Below are positions 38,004 to 50,203 of a stretch of 64,000 nt of DNA, one piece after another. The DNA comes from the human T2T-CHM13v2.0 reference genome, Homo sapiens, in assembly GCF_009914755.1 (NCBI RefSeq), contig NC_060925.1; one strand, 5' to 3'. The position numbers were made by a program, and so were the translations under genes. Position 1 is the first letter of the stretch; every line of letters begins with the position of its first letter. Below the pieces are notes generated by a model. The model made no database searches, was not told the origin of the DNA, and saw nothing but the letters and a program-made list of their open reading frames with translations.

Positions 38004-38929
38004 TGAAAGGAGGCTTTGTAGTCAAACCTCACCCAAGGAGTCAAACCCTAAGTGAGGAGTGTATCGCCTTAAGTGAGGTTTGGCTACAAAGAGCTTTAAT
38101 TTTTTCTCAGTTACTGCTACCAACTGGGAAAGCCCCTGCCCTGTGGACAGTGAGTGCTATTAAAGGTTTCAAAACTGCACGGCCACTGCTGATTCCTACA
38201 AGGTCACATTTTGGTTATTAAGTCTCTGCCCTCATCCATTTCAAACTCCAATCTCTTATTCAACTCAAAGCTCCCCTTCCCCTCCTTCTCCTGCTCAGCA
38301 TGGACTAAACTTGGGGACAAACAGGGAGCAGGGCTGTGCTCTGCCATCTCATGGGTCCCTGTTCCATGGGCCCCTCTCCTGCTGGGGTGGGCATGGGGCC
38401 AGGGAAGGAGCTGACTCCTTCCTCAGTACCCAAGGCTGTCCTGCTGTCTGCCTTGGATAGGTGTCCCTGCTCCTCCAGCTGATTTTTATTTTATTTTATT
38501 ATTTTATTTTATTATGTCATTGGTTGCAAGACTTTCCTAATGAAGGAAGCAGTGAATTGACCTCTATTCTGGTGCAAACTCCAGGTCTCATGTGGCTTGT
38601 CTTCCTGAGTGGCTCTGGTTTAGCAAAGGCTGGATCTAGGTGGGCGTGTCCCTGGTACCTGCAGACTCCTTGTCCTGTTGGAAGGAGGACAGCCAAAGGA
38701 GAGCCACAGTGGGGCCTTTTAAAGTGTAGGGCCCAACGCCTGACTCCCAGTTGCCAGGGTCTAAGGCTGGTGCTGGAGAGAACGGTGTGGGGTTGGGGTG
38801 GGGAGTGGATCAGAACCTGGGGGAAGGAGGGGACTCATGTAAACAAACCCCACCTACAGTGCACCCTCTCCAAGCCCCCACATTCTACCCCTACTTTCCA
38901 AAACTGCCTTCTGCTGACATCACCTCAGA

Positions 38930-39615
38930 TCTACAGTCCCCCTCTCTCCTTCTCCCACACTACCAGCCCAGGTCGCCAGCGTGACCCCACCGTCGCCATG
39001 ATAACAGCCTCCTAACTAGTCTCCCTGTTTCCCCGCATGTGCTCCAACCAAAAGGTCACTCCACAGCCAGAGTGATCTTCTAAAAACATAAGTCAGTGCA
39101 TCCTCCCCTTGCTTAAAATTATCAAACACTTCCCATCACACTCAGCGTAAAATCCAGTCCCCTTAACGTGGCCCCCAAAGCCATGACGCAGCCCTCCCTC
39201 CTCCTTTCAGTCCATCCATCACACCAAGTTGTTTGCACCTGCTGTTCCTTCTGCTCCCAGCATCTTCTCACTTGCTTCCTCTGGCCAATGCCTATGAATC
39301 CTTTAGTTTTCAACTCAGTGATATCTTCCACAAGGACGCTTTCCCTCATCCAACACCTCCGTTTAAGTTATGTCCAACCTGTTCTCTTTCACAGCACACT
39401 GCTGTTTTCCTCTGGGTTTCTCTTTTTACAATTTGAGACCCAGGCACTGCATATGTATATCTATATCTGTATATACATGTGTCTGTGTCTATGCATATAT
39501 GCATGTATGTATCCACCTATCTCTATCTATCTACCTTCCTCCCATCTATCTACCTATCTCTTTTCTATCTGCTATCTATCTATCCATCTATCCATCTGTC
39601 ACCTATCTCTATCTC

Positions 39616-39660
<45 letters not shown>

Positions 39661-39820
39661 ATCTATCTATCTATCCAGTGATCTAATGTCTGTTTAATAC
39701 TTTTCTCCTCTTGTTTATGAAGGTAGGAAACAGTCTTGGTCTGTCCTCAGGTATAACCCTGATAACTAGCCAGTACCTAGAATAGAGTATGTGTTTAATA
39801 AATATGTGTTGGATTTACAC
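38930..39820 (+). mobile_element. L2 LINE 3' part containing a microsatellite
   Basis: cagcctcctaactagtctccc...cacagccagagtgatcttctaaaacataagtcag...tttaataaatatgtgttgga. Confidence 0.8.
39517..39675. repeat. Compound (TCTA)n tetranucleotide repeat
   Basis: Directly visible; pure core ~39617-39660. Confidence 0.95.
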
Positions 39821-40589
39821 AATGACTGAACCAATGTGTCAGTGACCCCTATTTTCTAATAGAAACATTGGTTATCAAGCAGATTTAATGCTTGCATCGA
39901 TATGATGTGAGCGAGGTAAACGTATGACCCTTCCAAGATCAAAGGTCTTCTTTTTCTAAAGTTACTATCCTATGGACTTGTTACAGTGCTTTGACAACTG
40001 TGAAAGACAATGCAACTCTAATGTGATTAGTTTGCCATATTTTCCCTCTCTGATAATATTTGATATTTAAAAGATCAAACCTTAAACAAGATCATCTAAT
40101 TTGAGAATGATTTTTCTCCTGTATTCATTCCCATGCATGGAGGCCACTGGGATCTACGGATGAACAACCCAGGACCCCAGGTCCCAGGAAGTGCCCAGGC
40201 TAGATGTAGGGGAGAGATGAGGAAACCACCAACCGCAACTGAGTGGGATGAGGGCTAGGTGAATTCACAAGCCACTTTATATGAGCAAGAGGCAGTGGTA
40301 AGATCTTACATTCCTAATTCCAGATTTCCCAGGTGAGTGATCAAATTTTTGCAATAGACAAATTTGAACATTATTTCACACAAGTTTTTCTATGATAAGG
40401 ATTGATGCACTCGTACTTTGCATTATATAATCAGAAATTATTCAAATATTTGTTGGCAAAAATACAGAAGGGACTTCTTGAAAATATGCTTTTCTTTGTT
40501 TCTATCAGATGCCTGACTTGATTTGGTAGGAAGTGTACCATTCAAATAATTTTAACATTGTAATAAAAATACAGTAATCAGGATCCTGC

Positions 40590-40760
40590 CCTGTATGACC
40601 TTGGATGAGTCACCTAACTTCTCTGAGCCTCAGTTTCCTTGTGTATAAAATGGAGTTATTATATAGGACCTAATTTTGCATGTTACTGTAATTAGAGAGT
40701 GGACATAAATTACGTAACATAGTATATGGCACACGATAGGTGCCTAATATATGGAGGCAA
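40590..40760 (+). mobile_element. MIR
   Basis: ctgtatgaccttggatgagtcacctaacttctctgagcctcagtttccttgtgtataaaatgg. Confidence 0.8.
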
Positions 40761-42304
40761 ATATCATTTGTTAGTATTATCATGTAGCTGGCTTACAAAT
40801 TATGCCAAGTGTCTCCCAGCAGAAACCACTGCTCACCACATCACCTGGGCCTGAACAGGTGGGAGATGTGGGGCCAGAGGAGTCTCTGTGCGAAGTTCAG
40901 AGGGAAACACTGCTTTGTCTATTGCCCCCAGGTAGAAGTGAAATGACCTTCTGCCTTTATCTTCATCAACCTGCATTCCTAGCTGGCATCATCTTCTGGG
41001 AATTGGCAGGGTACGGATGGGTGGGGAGAGGACGGGGTGAGGCAGCTCATCCTAAACAGGTCTCCCTGTCCCACATTTAGCAAACCCAGCACAATCTCAG
41101 CACCTCTCAGCCTGGGAATCACACCACCTCTCCCACCCCGCCCACTGCGTTCCTGAAGAGCAGCCCCAGCCTAGCCCCAGGCTTCTTCAGGTTTGCATTG
41201 CTCAGGCCTGGCTTTACGGGGAAAACTGCTTTGGGATTGGGGCGTGCTGCAGGTGTGGCCAGTGTGGCCAAGGCCAGCACTGAGGGCAGGGCCACAGGGC
41301 GGAGCTGGGGCTACTTCCCCCAACCCCCGCCCCAGGTCAGGGCGCTCTGCACAAGTATGGAAACATTTTTCTCCTGAGTCTTCATTTGAGAGCAATTTAA
41401 ATTCCTGTAGATGCTGGGGTGGGAGCTGAGAACCTGGGATGAGCAGGTGGGTGGGGCTGAAGCCCTGGGAACAGTGCCAGGCAGGGAGGTCTGGGCTGGG
41501 CACCCAGTCCTGGTTTCTGTGAACCACAGGAGGCCCAGAGTGAATGGGCCTTCAATGTGCGGCTCTTAAGGCATCACCAGAGGCATCGCTGGTGCTCAGG
41601 AAGCCCCAGGTGCTCAGGAGGGAGTCCCAAAGGCTTCTTGGAGAAACAGGGACTTCATCGAGGCCCTGAGGAAGGCGGAGGGCAGTTGGATAGGCAGAGA
41701 CAGAAAGAAGGGCAAGAAAAAGCCATGCAGAGGTGGGAGAGCATAGGACATGCTGGAGAAACAAAAGTAGCTAGCTCCATTTGGCTGAAAAGTAAGGCTG
41801 GAGGTAGACTGCAGAGGGTCCCTAAAGCACCTCTGCCACCCCCAACAACAGCCAGATAGGCCCTGCTGGCATCTAGACCCAGGATTCTGCCCACCCTGAG
41901 GTTTACTCACTATCTTTGCAGAGTCGAGGGGTAACCCACAGACAAGGTAATGACAGGTGCTTCCATGACCCACAGATCCCCCCAACTACTCTGGGACACA
42001 GGTATGGGGTATAATTACTCCCAAGAAGGAGGAGGCTGGCCAATGATTCTCTTGCACCCTGGGTAGAGCCCCACTCAACCCCACCTCTACTGTTCCCTCC
42101 AGAGGCCGCCTCCATGTGCTAGACATAGCACATCTCCTCCTGTCAGGTCCCAGGTGGGCAGCTGGAGGGCAGCAGAGAGGGTCAAGCTCCTGGACTCCTG
42201 CCCTGTGCCCTCACCCCAAGTCAGCCCACGGGAGGCTCTGATTCTGGCCCAAGCACTGCAATCTGGGGAGATTTGGGATGCTCCTCAATCTACAAGATCC
42301 ACAT

Positions 42305-42505
42305 GTTAGGAAGAATCCTGGCTCTGGCGTCACATAGACCTGGGTTCAAATCCCAGCTTTGCCACTTACTAACTGAATGGCCCTTGGCATGTTGCCTAAA
42401 CTCTCTGTACCTCAGTTTCCTCATCTGCAACATGCGGTGTGATCTGGGGACTGTGGATGGTTGGCTGGAGAGAACATATGTAAAGTAGCTGGCCCAGTGC
42501 CTGCG
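42305..42505 (+). mobile_element. MIR
   Basis: cctgggttcaaatcccagctttgccacttact...ctcagtttcctcatctgcaa. Confidence 0.85.
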
Positions 42506-43189
42506 TGGGGGGCGCAGAGCGAGAAACACATGAAGGGTATGTGTGCAGGGGGAGAAGACGAGCTGACCCAGATCAGCAGCATTTTCCCCAAATTCACACT
42601 TAGTCTTCCTCCTGGTAGGGATGACAGGGCAGACTGGACTTTCAGAGGAGAAGCCAAGCCCAGAGAAGCAAGTGAGTGCCCGTGGCTACACTGTGGGAAC
42701 ATGGGGTCCAGCCTGGTCTCCCCTGCACCCCCAGCCTGCCCCATACCCAACAGGAGCCTATTAGAGAGCCTGGCCCTGAGACCTATCCCTGAGCCCAGCT
42801 ATTTCCCCCAACCAGGGCAGGTTCCCTGGAAGCTCAGGCCCTGCCCCACCTTTCCCAGAAATCAAGCTGCAGAGTAGGGAGTGGAGCCTGGCCTGGGAAC
42901 AAGTTCTGGCACCTCCATCCAGACAGTGGCACACGCTGAACCACGTGCCAGGAGGGACAGTCCGTAGCAGCAAATCCCACCCACCCCCAACCCCTGGTGG
43001 CCTATCTGGTGAGGGAGAAGACCAGGCCGTGGAATCCAGGAGGAAAGAGGAGCCATTGAAGGGTTCCCTAAAACCACACAGGCAAGGAGGAGCCAGCCCA
43101 GACCCAGCATGGGTGAACTCTTCTTCTGCAGACCTTGAGCCCTTGAGAAAGGCTAATAACGTGTTTTCATCCAAAAGGCAGTAGCAGTG

Positions 43190-43385
43190 GCTCGTGCTGA
43201 TTACACACTATGCACTAAGCACTGTGCTAGTTGCTGCATGTTTATTTCATTTAGCCTTCATAACAATCCCCATTGTTTAGATAGGGGAACTTCAGCACAG
43301 AGAAGGTAAGGAATTTGACCAAAATCCCAGAGCTGGGAAGGGGCAGAGCCAGAGTTTGATGGGAGAAAGTGAGGCTCTAGCTTCA
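43190..43385 (-). mobile_element. MIR
   Basis: ttcatttagccttcataacaatcccc...gataggggaacttcagcacagagaagg. Confidence 0.7.
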
Positions 43386-44412
43386 GAGCATCGGGGCTCC
43401 AGCTGGAGGAGCTGGATTCCCAGGCGAAGGAGCCCTGGGGGAACACCTTGTTCTCTCCCAGCTCTACCTCTAAAGTGGGCATCACACGAACAAGCTCTGC
43501 CCAGGATGCGAGCTTGTTAGGAGAACGAATCTGATGACAGGATGGCGGAAGAGTCTTCACCTCTGACTCAGGGCTGAGAAGAGCCTGCAAGTAATTTTCC
43601 CTGAGCATTTGGTGTACACAGGGTGCTGAGAGGCCCATGAGGCAATGGGTCATGGATCGAAAGTACAGTGAGATGGGATCTGAGAGGCATAGAGGGAGGT
43701 CCCTGCAGGGGACAGTGGGGACAGTGGGGGTCAGAGTGTCTGGGTGGGCGTCAACTCACCCCGCTGCATCCAGCTCCTCAGTTGTCAGGAGGCCCAGGAC
43801 AGCTCTTGGCCACTGCTGCACCTTCAACGTTTGGTTCAGGACCATCATAAGCACAAGAATGATGGAAGTGGTGGGTGAACTGAGGAGGGTGTGTGGAGGC
43901 CCTATCTGTGAAGCTATCTCAGTGTGTTCTGTGCACACATCCATGATCTTTCTGTTCCCTAGCAATATTATGGGGAGAGCACAGGACCACTTGGTCTGAA
44001 GCCCCCACCCTTGCCTTTTGAAATTGGCAGGACTCCCTGCACTGGGCTGATGGACCAGGTGTGCCCCTGCACCCTGACACTCACTTGCTTTCTCCTCTGT
44101 CCTGGGATAGGACAAGGTCCCCTTCCCAGGCTCCACTTATGGACTAGTGCTCCAGGTTCCATGCAGACCAGGTGTCTGCAGATCTCCTGCCTAGAGGCAG
44201 CGCTTGGGTTAACCTGTGGTGTTCCTCTTAAGATGATGGGATGGGGACCTCAACTGGGTGAGGCCCCCATGGGGGCAGCGCCTGGGACACTCCGAAGTTC
44301 TTTCCTGAACACCAGGTGACCTTAGGAGAAAAGAGATTAAGTGGGATCTGGTCTTAGGGGCTTTTCAGAGTCGGAGGGCAAGGGTGTCTTCTGTGCCCAC
44401 CTCTGGGCACAG

Positions 44413-44654
44413 TTTTTTTTTTTTTTGAGCGATTCCCCTGCCTCAGCCTCCCGAGCCCTACTACAGGCACGCGCCACCATGCCCAGCTAATTTTTTTTTT
44501 GAGACGGAGTCTCGTTCTGTTGCCAGGCTGGAGTGCAGTAAAGACAGGGTTTCACCATGTTGCCCAGGATGGCCTTGATCTCCTGACCTCATGATGTGCC
44601 TGCCTCGGCCTCGCAAAGTGCTGGGATTACAGGCATGAGCCACCGCGCTCGGCC
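44413..44654 (-). mobile_element. Internally rearranged Alu (AluSc-like)
   Basis: Alu segments out of consensus order; TSD ctgggcaca(g/a)tttt. Confidence 0.9.
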
Positions 44655-44693
44655 TGGGCACAATTTTTAAAAGAGAGACCACATCTACTAGAG

Positions 44694-45065
44694 CAGGGGT
44701 CCCCAACCTCTGCACCGTGGACCAGACTCTACCAGTCTATAGCCTGTTATGAACCAGGCTGCACAGCAGGTGAGCTGTGGGTGGGCGAGCATGACGGCCT
44801 GAGCTCCACCTCTTGTCAGATCAGCAGCCAGCAGCATTAGATTCTCATAGGAGTGTGAACCCTATTGTGAACTGTGCATGCGAGGGATCTAGGGTGCATA
44901 CTCCTTACGAGAATCTATTGCCTGACGATCTGAAGTGGAATAGTTTCATCCTGAAACCACCCCCACCCACCCACCCCTACTTTTCTTCCCCACCCCACCC
45001 CTGTCCATGGAAAAATAGTCTTCCAAGAAACTGGTCCTTGGTGCCAAAAAGGTTGGGGACCGCTG
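44694..45065 (+). mobile_element. MER1B hAT-Charlie element, complete
   Basis: TIRs CAGGGGTCCCCAACC / GGTTGGGGACCGCTG; perfect 8-bp TSD TACTAGAG at 44686-44693 and 45066-45073. Confidence 0.92.
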
Positions 45066-46839
45066 TACTAGAGAAATGGTCACAAGGACCCTGCTGGGAG
45101 AGGGGGAGCAGGAGACAGGGCCCCAGACACACGGCCCATCATGACCTCTTGTTGCACCAAGGAGACACTGAGGCATAGGCGGTGGAGCCAAGGCGGCAGG
45201 TGGGGGTAGAGGTGCAGTGCCCCTTTATGGGGAGAGGGGCTAGGGCACTGCCCCAGCTGTCCTATCCGGCAAACTGAGATAGTAGGGCTGGTGCGTGCCA
45301 GGAGCTGCCAGTGGGTCTCCCAGAGCCCGTGGTGACAGCCCTCCTTGGGCCTGAGGCCTGCGTCCTGCCTCCCTGTCCATTTTGGGGGCATTTATGATGG
45401 AGCCTTCTTGTCCCCACCAGAAGATGCTTGGATTCTGCTAATAACTATATCTCTTCAAACACACCATGCTGGCTCTTGCTTCTCAAACTTTCTATGTGCC
45501 GTTCCCAGCCCCACCCCCGACCTCTTCCCCTTGACTTCCCCCTCCTCACCCTCTGGTACTCGGCCTAGACACTCTTTCCTCCAGAAAGCCTTCCCACCTG
45601 CCAGGGCCAGGTGTGGTGCGTGGCTATGCCTCTCCCCAGCATCGCACCCCCCACCCGCCCCTGTCACCCAGGGCTGGGACCTCTGCTTGCTGTCTCCCTG
45701 CTGCTGGATGTGAGCTCTGTGAGCTCCATGAGCGATGTGCTGGCTTAAATCACAGCACCCCACACCCAACACAGTGTCTAGCACATAGTTGGTGCTCAGG
45801 AGGTATTTGAATGACTGAACGAATGAATGAATAAGAAATGAGGCCGAGACCCCAGGCTAAGCCCCTCCCTGTGGCCCAAGGACCATTTCCTCTTCATCTC
45901 TCACTACATGGATCCCAGTGCTTGGCATACAGCACAGGATAACATGTCTGCATTGTCTCCTGGGAGCATGAGAGCCACGCCTGCAGGAAGAGACCCGTCT
46001 AACAGAGTGTGGCATTGGATGGCATAGCTGTGACAGCACATGCTCTAGCAAGCAGAAATGGATTTGCTCTGGCTGGGAGACCACAGGAAGCCTTTCCAGA
46101 CACAGCTCATGAGGCACTTGCTGATGGATGGCAAGTGGGGAGCCAAGGGAAGGAATCAGGAATTGGGGGAAATTCCACGCCTGACAAAGGAATGGAGGGT
46201 CAAGAGAATGTGTCGTCTCAGGCTCTCCTCTGGAGAGGAGGATGGTGCCCTCTCATCGTTTCCTTGTCTTTCTGCCAACTGAAATCCATGCCACCAAGCT
46301 GTCCTCTTCAGCTCAGGACCCTGTGACTTAAGCCCTCGAGGATGTGCAGATCATGGGAGGGGGAAACTGAGGCACCCAGACTAACCCACACCTCTCAACA
46401 ACTCAGGCCTGAATAGCTGCCCAATAAAACTGGCCTTCCTTCCTTCCTCAAGAGCTCCCTGTCCCTCAGACACCTGGTTCCTAGGGCCCTGGCTAGGAGG
46501 AGAAAGAGAACGGGAACCATCCGAAGAGTCCTGCATTGTTCTCCAGTGAGTGACTCATGCAGGGAACACTCTGTCCCCCTCAACAGCACTTTTCCCATGT
46601 GCTGTTTTGGTGACTCCCAGGAGCAATGATCTGAAGCCCTTTCCACTGCTCCTGCCTCCTGGGCTGCACCCTGGGCCCTCCACCCTCTCCCCAGCTAGAG
46701 GCAAGCAGGGAGACCAGACAGGGGAAAGCTCCTTAGAGCTTGGCAGACACCGGGGACCTGTGAGAGCAGGGTCTCGCCTCAGTTTCTCTCTCTCTCTGAA
46801 GGGGACGTGACAGAAATGCCAGTCAGTGTGTGGTGGCTT

Positions 46840-46845
46840 TTTATT
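46840..46845 (-). terminator. TNNT2: TNNT2 polyadenylation signal AATAAA
   Basis: tttatt on + strand, ~175 nt after the stop codon. Confidence 0.88.
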
Positions 46846-47018
46846 ACTGGTGTGGAGTGGGTGTGGGGGCAGGCAGGAGTGGTGGCTCCCACCTAGGCCA
46901 GCTCCCCATTTCCAAACAGGAGCTGCCTGGGGTGCCCAGGAGGGCCCGGGAACTGGGGGAGTGCAGGCCGGAGGCAGGTGCGAGCGAGGAGCAGATCTTT
47001 GGTGAAGGAGGCCAGGCT

Positions 47019-47064
47019 CTATTTCCAGCGCCCGGTGACTTTAGCCTTCCCGCGGGTCTTGGAG
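47019..47064 (-). CDS. TNNT2: TNNT2 exon 17 coding part
   Basis: ctgcag|CTCCAAG...TGGAAATAG; SKTRGKAKVTGRWK*. Confidence 0.97.
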
Positions 47065-47431
47065 CTGCAGGGGAAGCAGGACGCAGTGACATGGAGACAC
47101 AGGCAGGGTAGTAGGTCACCATGCGGCTGGGGTAGGACTGGGGTGCCAAAGGGGAGAGGAGCAGGCTGGAGCTGCCTCCAGGGGCAGAATAGGACAGCAG
47201 CCTGAGGCTGGAGGGAAGCTTCTCCGCCCCACATTTCACCCCCACCAGCAAGCAGAGGCCACAGGGAGAGAAGCACGAGGCCCCGGAGGAGCCAGAGAAG
47301 GAAACCTGTGGGCTGAAGCAGAGGAGGAAGGGCTGGGAGCCTGGGGCCCTCCAAGGAGGAATGGGATAGCTGGAAGGTAGGGAAGGAGGGGGCAGGGGGA
47401 GGGCTAGGCGAGAATGACCTCAGACACTTAC

Positions 47432-47472
47432 ACTTTCTGGTTATCGTTGATCCTGTTTCGGAGAACATTGAT
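47432..47472 (-). CDS. TNNT2: TNNT2 exon 16 (41 nt)
   Basis: ttgcag|ATCAAT...AAAGT|gtaagt; INVLRNRINDNQKV. Confidence 0.97.
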
Positions 47473-49087
47473 CTGCAAGAAAAGTGGGAAGGACAAAGAG
47501 CAACGCTGGAGCTGACTGGCTCAGGTCCCAGGTGGCCTGGGGATGGGGAGAAGGGGGCTGAGTGCAGCAGTGCAGGAGGAGAAGGAGGAGCATGGAAGAG
47601 TAGGAGGGGTTAGGATAGTTAAGGGTCAGGAGGGGCCCGTGTACCACAGGCAGAAGCCAAGGAGAAGCTTCCAGGATGCCTCATGGGCCTCCCACTGTGG
47701 GGTCCCAGGGCCATAATAGGTTCAGGATATGAGAGTCCCATAAGAAGGGCCTCTGAGAGCTGGGCACAAAGCTGGAGGCTGTGTCATGGAGCCCTCCTAG
47801 CAGCCCAGCCCCAGACCCCTCTGGGGCACCCCTGCCCAGCTGCCCACCATCCCGGAAGCTGTGCCCTTTGAGCAGTAGCATCCCCATGCACCACCCCTGC
47901 AGGGTGCTGCCCCAAAGTTTGGCAAATCTGTGTCCTGTTGGCCGGTGCAGAGTTCAGTGTGGAACCAAAAAAAGAGAAAAAAGTGGAAGGCACAGGACTA
48001 GAGAGGCCATAACAATGGCTGACACCTGCTGAGCATTTAGTGGGTGCCAGGCTCTGTCCTGAGCACCTTCCCAGATATGAACCCATAGGGCTGCTATGAG
48101 GGCATAGTAAGTTAATACATGGGACATGCTTGGAACAGTGGTTGGAACACTATAGCAATAATAACAATTAGTATTATCTCTGTAACCCTCACAATCACCC
48201 TCTGAAGTATATTGTAGTGTTACCTGTGGAAATGGAGGCAAGGAACAGTGGACTAACTCACCCAATGTCACACAGCCAGTGAGGGGCACAGGTAGAAATT
48301 CAACCCAGGCATTATGGCTCCAAAGTCCATGCCACTGTCACCAGGCAATACAGCCTCTCTCCGTATTGGGAGGTGGGAGTACCCTGTAGCCACTGCAGCC
48401 TGAGCCTGCCCAGCGAGGGGCTTCTTGCCCAGGGAGGAGTGGTTTGGCAGGAGCAGCAAAGGAGACCTTCCAGGGGAAGCTGAATTCTTCCCTTAGGTAG
48501 CAAAGAGGCCCTGGGACCGGGGCTCGGGGGTGGTGGGTAAGGAAGGACTGGCGCCCAGGTCTAAGCTCCGGTATGCAGCATCAGTGTCCTCTAAGCCATT
48601 TCCTTGCCTGGTGTCTGTTCACCTAAGACCCTCATTAGTGCACATAGGACTCCGAAAGACTGTGAGCTTGAGGCTCAGCCTAATTGTGCCCACACCAGGA
48701 CCTTGGGTGTATGTGGGGAGAAGCACCTCTCTGTTGGCAGCACTCCCCTTCCACTGGGGGTCCTGGCTTGGTGCATCCTGGTCCTTGTAACCAGCTCAGA
48801 TCACTGAGCTGCTGCCTCAACGTGTTGGAGACCCCCAGGGTTGGAACACCAGGAAAGTGTCTCTGCTCAGCCCCAGCGAGCTCTCAGACACTTCCAGCAA
48901 GCAGTCGTCAATGCGGTGGACATGGAACACTGCTGAAGGCCAGGCAGCAGGGGCAGATGCAGGAGCTGAAGGGGGCTGTTGGGGAATAGGGACAGGGACC
49001 CAGGGACCTGCAGCAGTATTACCGGACCCAGTGAACCAGGAGGAGTGTGAGATGGAGATGCTGGGCGGGGACAGCATGGCGGCCCAC

Positions 49088-49178
49088 CTCATATTTCTGC
49101 TGCTTGAACTTCTCCTGCAGGTCGAACTTCTCTGCCTCCAAGTTATAGATGCTCTGCCACAGCTCCTTGGCCTTCTCC
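49088..49178 (-). CDS. TNNT2: TNNT2 exon 15 (91 nt)
   Basis: gtgcag|GGAGAAG...TATGAG|gtgggc; [30 protein letters not shown]. Confidence 0.97.
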
Positions 49179-49642
49179 CTGCACGGGCAAGGGTGAGAAT
49201 GGGGAGGTCCAGTAAGAAAGGGCCCTCCTGGGCCTCCGTCCTGGTCCCGGCCCAGCCCCCAGCGTCCCAGCCCTCCTTCCCACCTCCAGGCCTGCCAAGG
49301 GTACCCCAGCCCACCCCCTGGGCCTGACCCAGCCTGGGGACCAGACGGCAGCACCCAGTGCTCAGGAACGGACACCAGGGACTGCCAGGGCAAAGTTCCA
49401 AGAACAAGCGGGGAGCAGGAGAAGCCCTTCTGGCGCAGGAGAGCATCTAGTTCAATCCCCTGTCCTGACACCCGTGTGCAGGTGGGTAGGTGAAGCTCAG
49501 AGGGGTGGGGCACCTGCTCAGTTCTCTTTCCCCATCAGCAAAGCCCAGAAAGGAGTTGGCCCGACCTGCTGGGGCCCAGCTCTGGTCCCACCAAACTTGC
49601 CATGGGAAAATATGTGAGGCAGTCCTGCCCTCTGGTGGCTCA

Positions 49643-49990
<348 letters not shown>

Positions 49991-50194
49991 CTAGGGAAAC
50001 TGAGGTAGGGGCAAGGAGGATCACGTCAGTCTCTTCCTTCTTTGCCTAACTAATCTCTTCCACCTCTCACCAGCTTCCCCCCTCCCCAGCCAGCCCAATC
50101 TCTTCACTCCTCCCCTCCAGCAAGGCGCCTTCCCCTCCCAGGGAGCTCTCCAAAACTATGGGGAGGAAGAAGGCTTGAGGTTTTTGGTACCCAC

Positions 50195-50203
50195 CTGGGC
50201 CTG
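50195..50203 (-). CDS. TNNT2: TNNT2 micro-exon 13 (9 nt QAQ, or 6 nt AQ via the tandem acceptor)
   Basis: ggtttag|CAG|GCCCAG|gtgggt; supplies QAQ between YIQK and TERK. Confidence 0.9.

Noticed and set aside
47299-47330. Possible vestigial 7-nt micro-exon in TNNT2 intron 16 (ttcag|cccacag|gtttcc)
   Set aside because: Very poor donor and frameshifting length; no support from sequence alone
47711-47720. Perfect CArG box CCATAATAGG in TNNT2 intron 15 (another, CCAAATATGG, at 3683-3692)
   Set aside because: A few CArG 10-mers are expected by chance in 64 kb; no supporting motif cluster seen
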